Below, piece after piece: positions 61,030 to 64,000 of a stretch of DNA of 64,000 bases (position 1 is its first letter; each line of letters starts with the position of its first letter). Both the position numbers and the translations under genes were made by a program. Origin of the DNA: Sphyrna mokarran (taxonomy: Eukaryota); contig JAGIQG010000036.1 in assembly GCA_024679065.1 (NCBI GenBank), forward strand, positions 12,648,001-12,712,000, written 5' to 3'. Below the pieces are notes generated by a model. That model was not told the origin of the DNA, ran no database searches, and saw only the letters and a list, made by a program, of their open reading frames with translations.

Positions 61030-61650
61030 ATAAACCTCCGTCCTCTTTCTCTTTCTAAATCTTACTTTTCCCCATCTTTCTATTTTTCCTATTGCCACTT
61101 TTTCTTTCCTTTCATCTACTCTCTGTGTTTCCTCGCCCTCTATGCCTTTTCCCCCTATGTCTTCATAATCTATTGCAGTAACTCTTCCGTCGTCTTTCCG
61201 AACTCCCCTCTCCCTCCTTCCCCCGAACCCCTTCTACCTCTTTCGTTCTTCCTTCTCCATGTTTCTTGGCAGTTCTCACCCTCACATTTTGTCTTTTACT
61301 CCATTTTTCCAAATCCCATTCCTATCTGCTTACCTCTCCTTCTTTCACCCTTTTTGTCCGCCTCGCTCACTCTTGCTGTTTCTTTTTCTCTCTCCCTCTT
61401 TCCATTTCCTATCCTCTTGTAGATTTATTTATCTATCGTCTATCTTCCCCCACTCTTGTTTTCTCTCCCCCTCTCTCTCCCCCCTCCCCTCATCCTCTGT
61501 CCTCTGGCTCTCTAATTTTTTCTGACTCTTGCTTTCTGTCTTTTTCACGCTTCCTCTCCATCTGACTTAGTTCCTTTCTCTTTTATTACCTTCTTCCCTC
61601 GCTTGGTCTCGCGTTTTATTACTCTCTCTCGCTAAATTGACTTCTGATTC
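61030..61650. repeat. CT-rich low-complexity tract
   Basis: About 600 bp of polypyrimidine sequence. Confidence 0.85.
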
Positions 61651-62039
61651 TTTACTTCAGGAACACACAGCTTACAAGAATGCCAACAGTAACAATGAAA
61701 GCAATCAATGTGCAAAGGCAGGTCAAAATTTTTAGGTAATCTAGCAGTATGACAAAAATATAATTTTAGCTTTGTCAATGAGTGTAGTTATAGGAGTGCA
61801 AAAGCTGACCAGAAGGCAATAATGTGATTTAACATTAAAATCTATGTCTATTGATACTCCGTCAGTCATTCAGACATCTCTGGAAAACACTGACTCAAAA
61901 CAAGACCCGAACTGTAGAGAAAAACATTGAGCAGCTGCACGGAAAAATAGTCAAACGGAAGCAGTGGGATATGAGCTTTCAAACAATGCGGTGTAACTTT
62001 AAGCTGACAGGCACATTTCACAGTTTCTAAAGTAGGTCA

Positions 62040-62180
62040 TGGGGCCACTTTCCACTCTGTGGTTTAACGGAATGTGCCAGATGTCCTCGTAGCGCTGTCA
62101 GTTTGGAGGCCGGCTCACTGAGAACTTCTCTCATTTTCTCCTTGGTGACAAAACTGCCTCTAAACCCCAGCACCTGCCAG
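62040..62180. promoter_or_regulatory. Candidate TCR-beta enhancer core
   Basis: TGTGGTT (Runx, 62058-62064) abutting TAACGG (Myb) and CGGAAT (Ets), then E-boxes CAGATG (62078) and CACCTG (~62172). Lies 3' of C like the mammalian E-beta. Confidence 0.45.
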
Positions 62181-63439
62181 CTCTTTGCAGAGAAATGTGG
62201 AGGCTGGGCAAAACTGATCATGCATTTTATTTTTATTTAATTATTCTCCCTATTTTCAGTTCTTTTTTCATTCTTCTTTTTGTCTTTCATTGGCCACATT
62301 TTCCTTTTTGATTCTTTCAATATTTATTGTTTCTTCAATGCAATCCAGCTTCCTATTTGTCAGTCATTTTATCATTTGTTTCACTCTGTTTTGTTATTCT
62401 TTCTTTTTCTTTCACTGCCTTTCATAGAATATTACAGCAGGAAAGGAAGCCATTCGGCCCATCGTTAGTGCATCTGCTCCCGAAAGAAGTACCCAAGTGG
62501 TCCCATTCTCCAGTCCTACTTGCATAACCCTTTAAATTCATCACTTTAAAATATGTATCCAGCTCTCCTTTGAAACTTCCAGTGGTATCTGTCTCCACTC
62601 CTGTGTCAGGCAGCCCAGTCCAAATCCCAAGCACTCTCTGAGTAAAAATGTACAGGTTAGAGGGATTAGTGGAGTTACATGGATAGGGCTTGGGAGGGAT
62701 TGTTGTTGGTGCAGACTTAATGGGCCATTGGCCCTCTTCTGTACAGTAGGTATTCTATGATTCTACGAATCTGTTTCTGTCTCCACAAATGTTGCCAAAA
62801 CCGCTGAGCTTTTCTGTTTTTTTTATTTCGGATTTCCAGCATCTGCAGAATTTTGTGATTAGGATTAAATGTGATCTCTACTGCTCCCCGCTCATCATTA
62901 TGCAAAGGGCGTAATTTTAAGGACATGTGGATAAATATTTGGACAGATAGCTGGGAAGTTAGGCAGACAAACAAAACAGTCAGGTAGATAGATATATAGA
63001 TGGATAGATAAACAGATGGATGGATAAATAGATAAATAGATAGATAGATAGACAGACAGACAGGCAGACAGACAGACGCATCGTTTTGTGAAAATAGCCA
63101 GAGGTGACAGGCACAAAGAAAATTTGTGATAGATACAATTCCTGAAAATGTAGATTAAAATATCTCTAAAAAGGGAGTGTGTTATTTGTTGAAATGAAAA
63201 CATTTGCAGGAATATGTGTTCACAGCAGGAGATGAGAGAATGGCCCTAATGGAATGGCTCTTTTCAATGGGAAAGACATGCACACAGGGATTAGTTAGCC
63301 CCTTATTTCCGTAGGAATCTGTGACCAGTGTTGGAAGGTTCAAGGTGAAACAAAAGTTGTGATATGCTTGTCGGTCGCTCGGGACTTAATTCCTTCTGGT
63401 TGTTCAACATGTGGCAGTTAGGGGACATCATATAGATTG

Positions 63440-63800
63440 CTCCAATGTATGCCCAGCCTTCAAGAGAAAAGCGACCAGGACACCACACAACCCTACTTTG
63501 GAAACCTCTGCAAGGCTGCCGGATAGTCAACATGGATATCACCATCACAGATGAGAACATGACTCATCAAGTACACAGTACATGCTCATGTGACTCGGTC
63601 AAAGTTGTCTACCTCATACCTACAAGAAAAGATGTCCCAAGGTGTGGTACGTCGGCGAGACCATGCAGACGCTATGACAACAGATGAGCGGACAACACGT
63701 GACTATTGCCAGACAAAAACTGAAAGCTAAGTTCTGCACGCATGAGGATGGACTCAACCGGGATCTTGGATTCATGTCACACTACAGGTAACCCCGAACA
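63440..63800 (+). mobile_element. Penelope-like retroelement fragment (GIY-YIG endonuclease)
   Basis: SCDSVKVVYLI..CP..WYVGETMQTL motif across frameshifts. Confidence 0.8.
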
Positions 63801-64000
63801 CATTTGGTCTGAGTTGCAAAATCCTACTAACTGTCTTGGCTTGAGACTATTACTGTTCATTTAAAAAGTGCCTGCTCTTGCACCTTAAGTGCTGTAAGTA
63901 CTGTAAATTAGAGGGCATGGATTCAATATGGCAAAGTATGATTTGAAAAGGCAGTTGGGTGTCCTCGGGCTGGCATTGACAAAATGGGTTGAATGGCCTC

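Overview
Vertebrate genomic DNA, most likely from a cartilaginous fish (shark-type HE1/V-SINE, CR1 and Penelope repeats). It holds the 3' part of a T-cell receptor beta (TRB) locus in germline configuration. There are 8 apparently intact V genes (leader exon + V exon + 23-RSS), 2 clear V pseudogenes and 1 possible V relic, in mixed orientation (3.0-32.3 kb). These are followed by one D-beta (GGGACAGGGGGGA with 12/23 RSS, 37.7 kb), 7 intact J-beta plus 1 pseudo-J (38.2-41.4 kb), and a four-exon C-beta (51.7-58.5 kb). The rest is SINEs, CR1/Rex1/Penelope fragments, solo LTRs and microsatellites. Most notable: a close TRBV30-like V and an expanded derived 'CAWS' family with non-canonical framework residues; inverted and head-to-head upstream V genes; a V pseudogene whose RSS spacer shrank from 23 to 13 bp; two extra candidate C-beta cytoplasmic exons; a Runx/Myb/Ets enhancer candidate; and a composite SINE with a structured 120-nt 5' module. 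V/J numbering is mine, by position. Comparisons with mammalian genes are from memory, not database searches.
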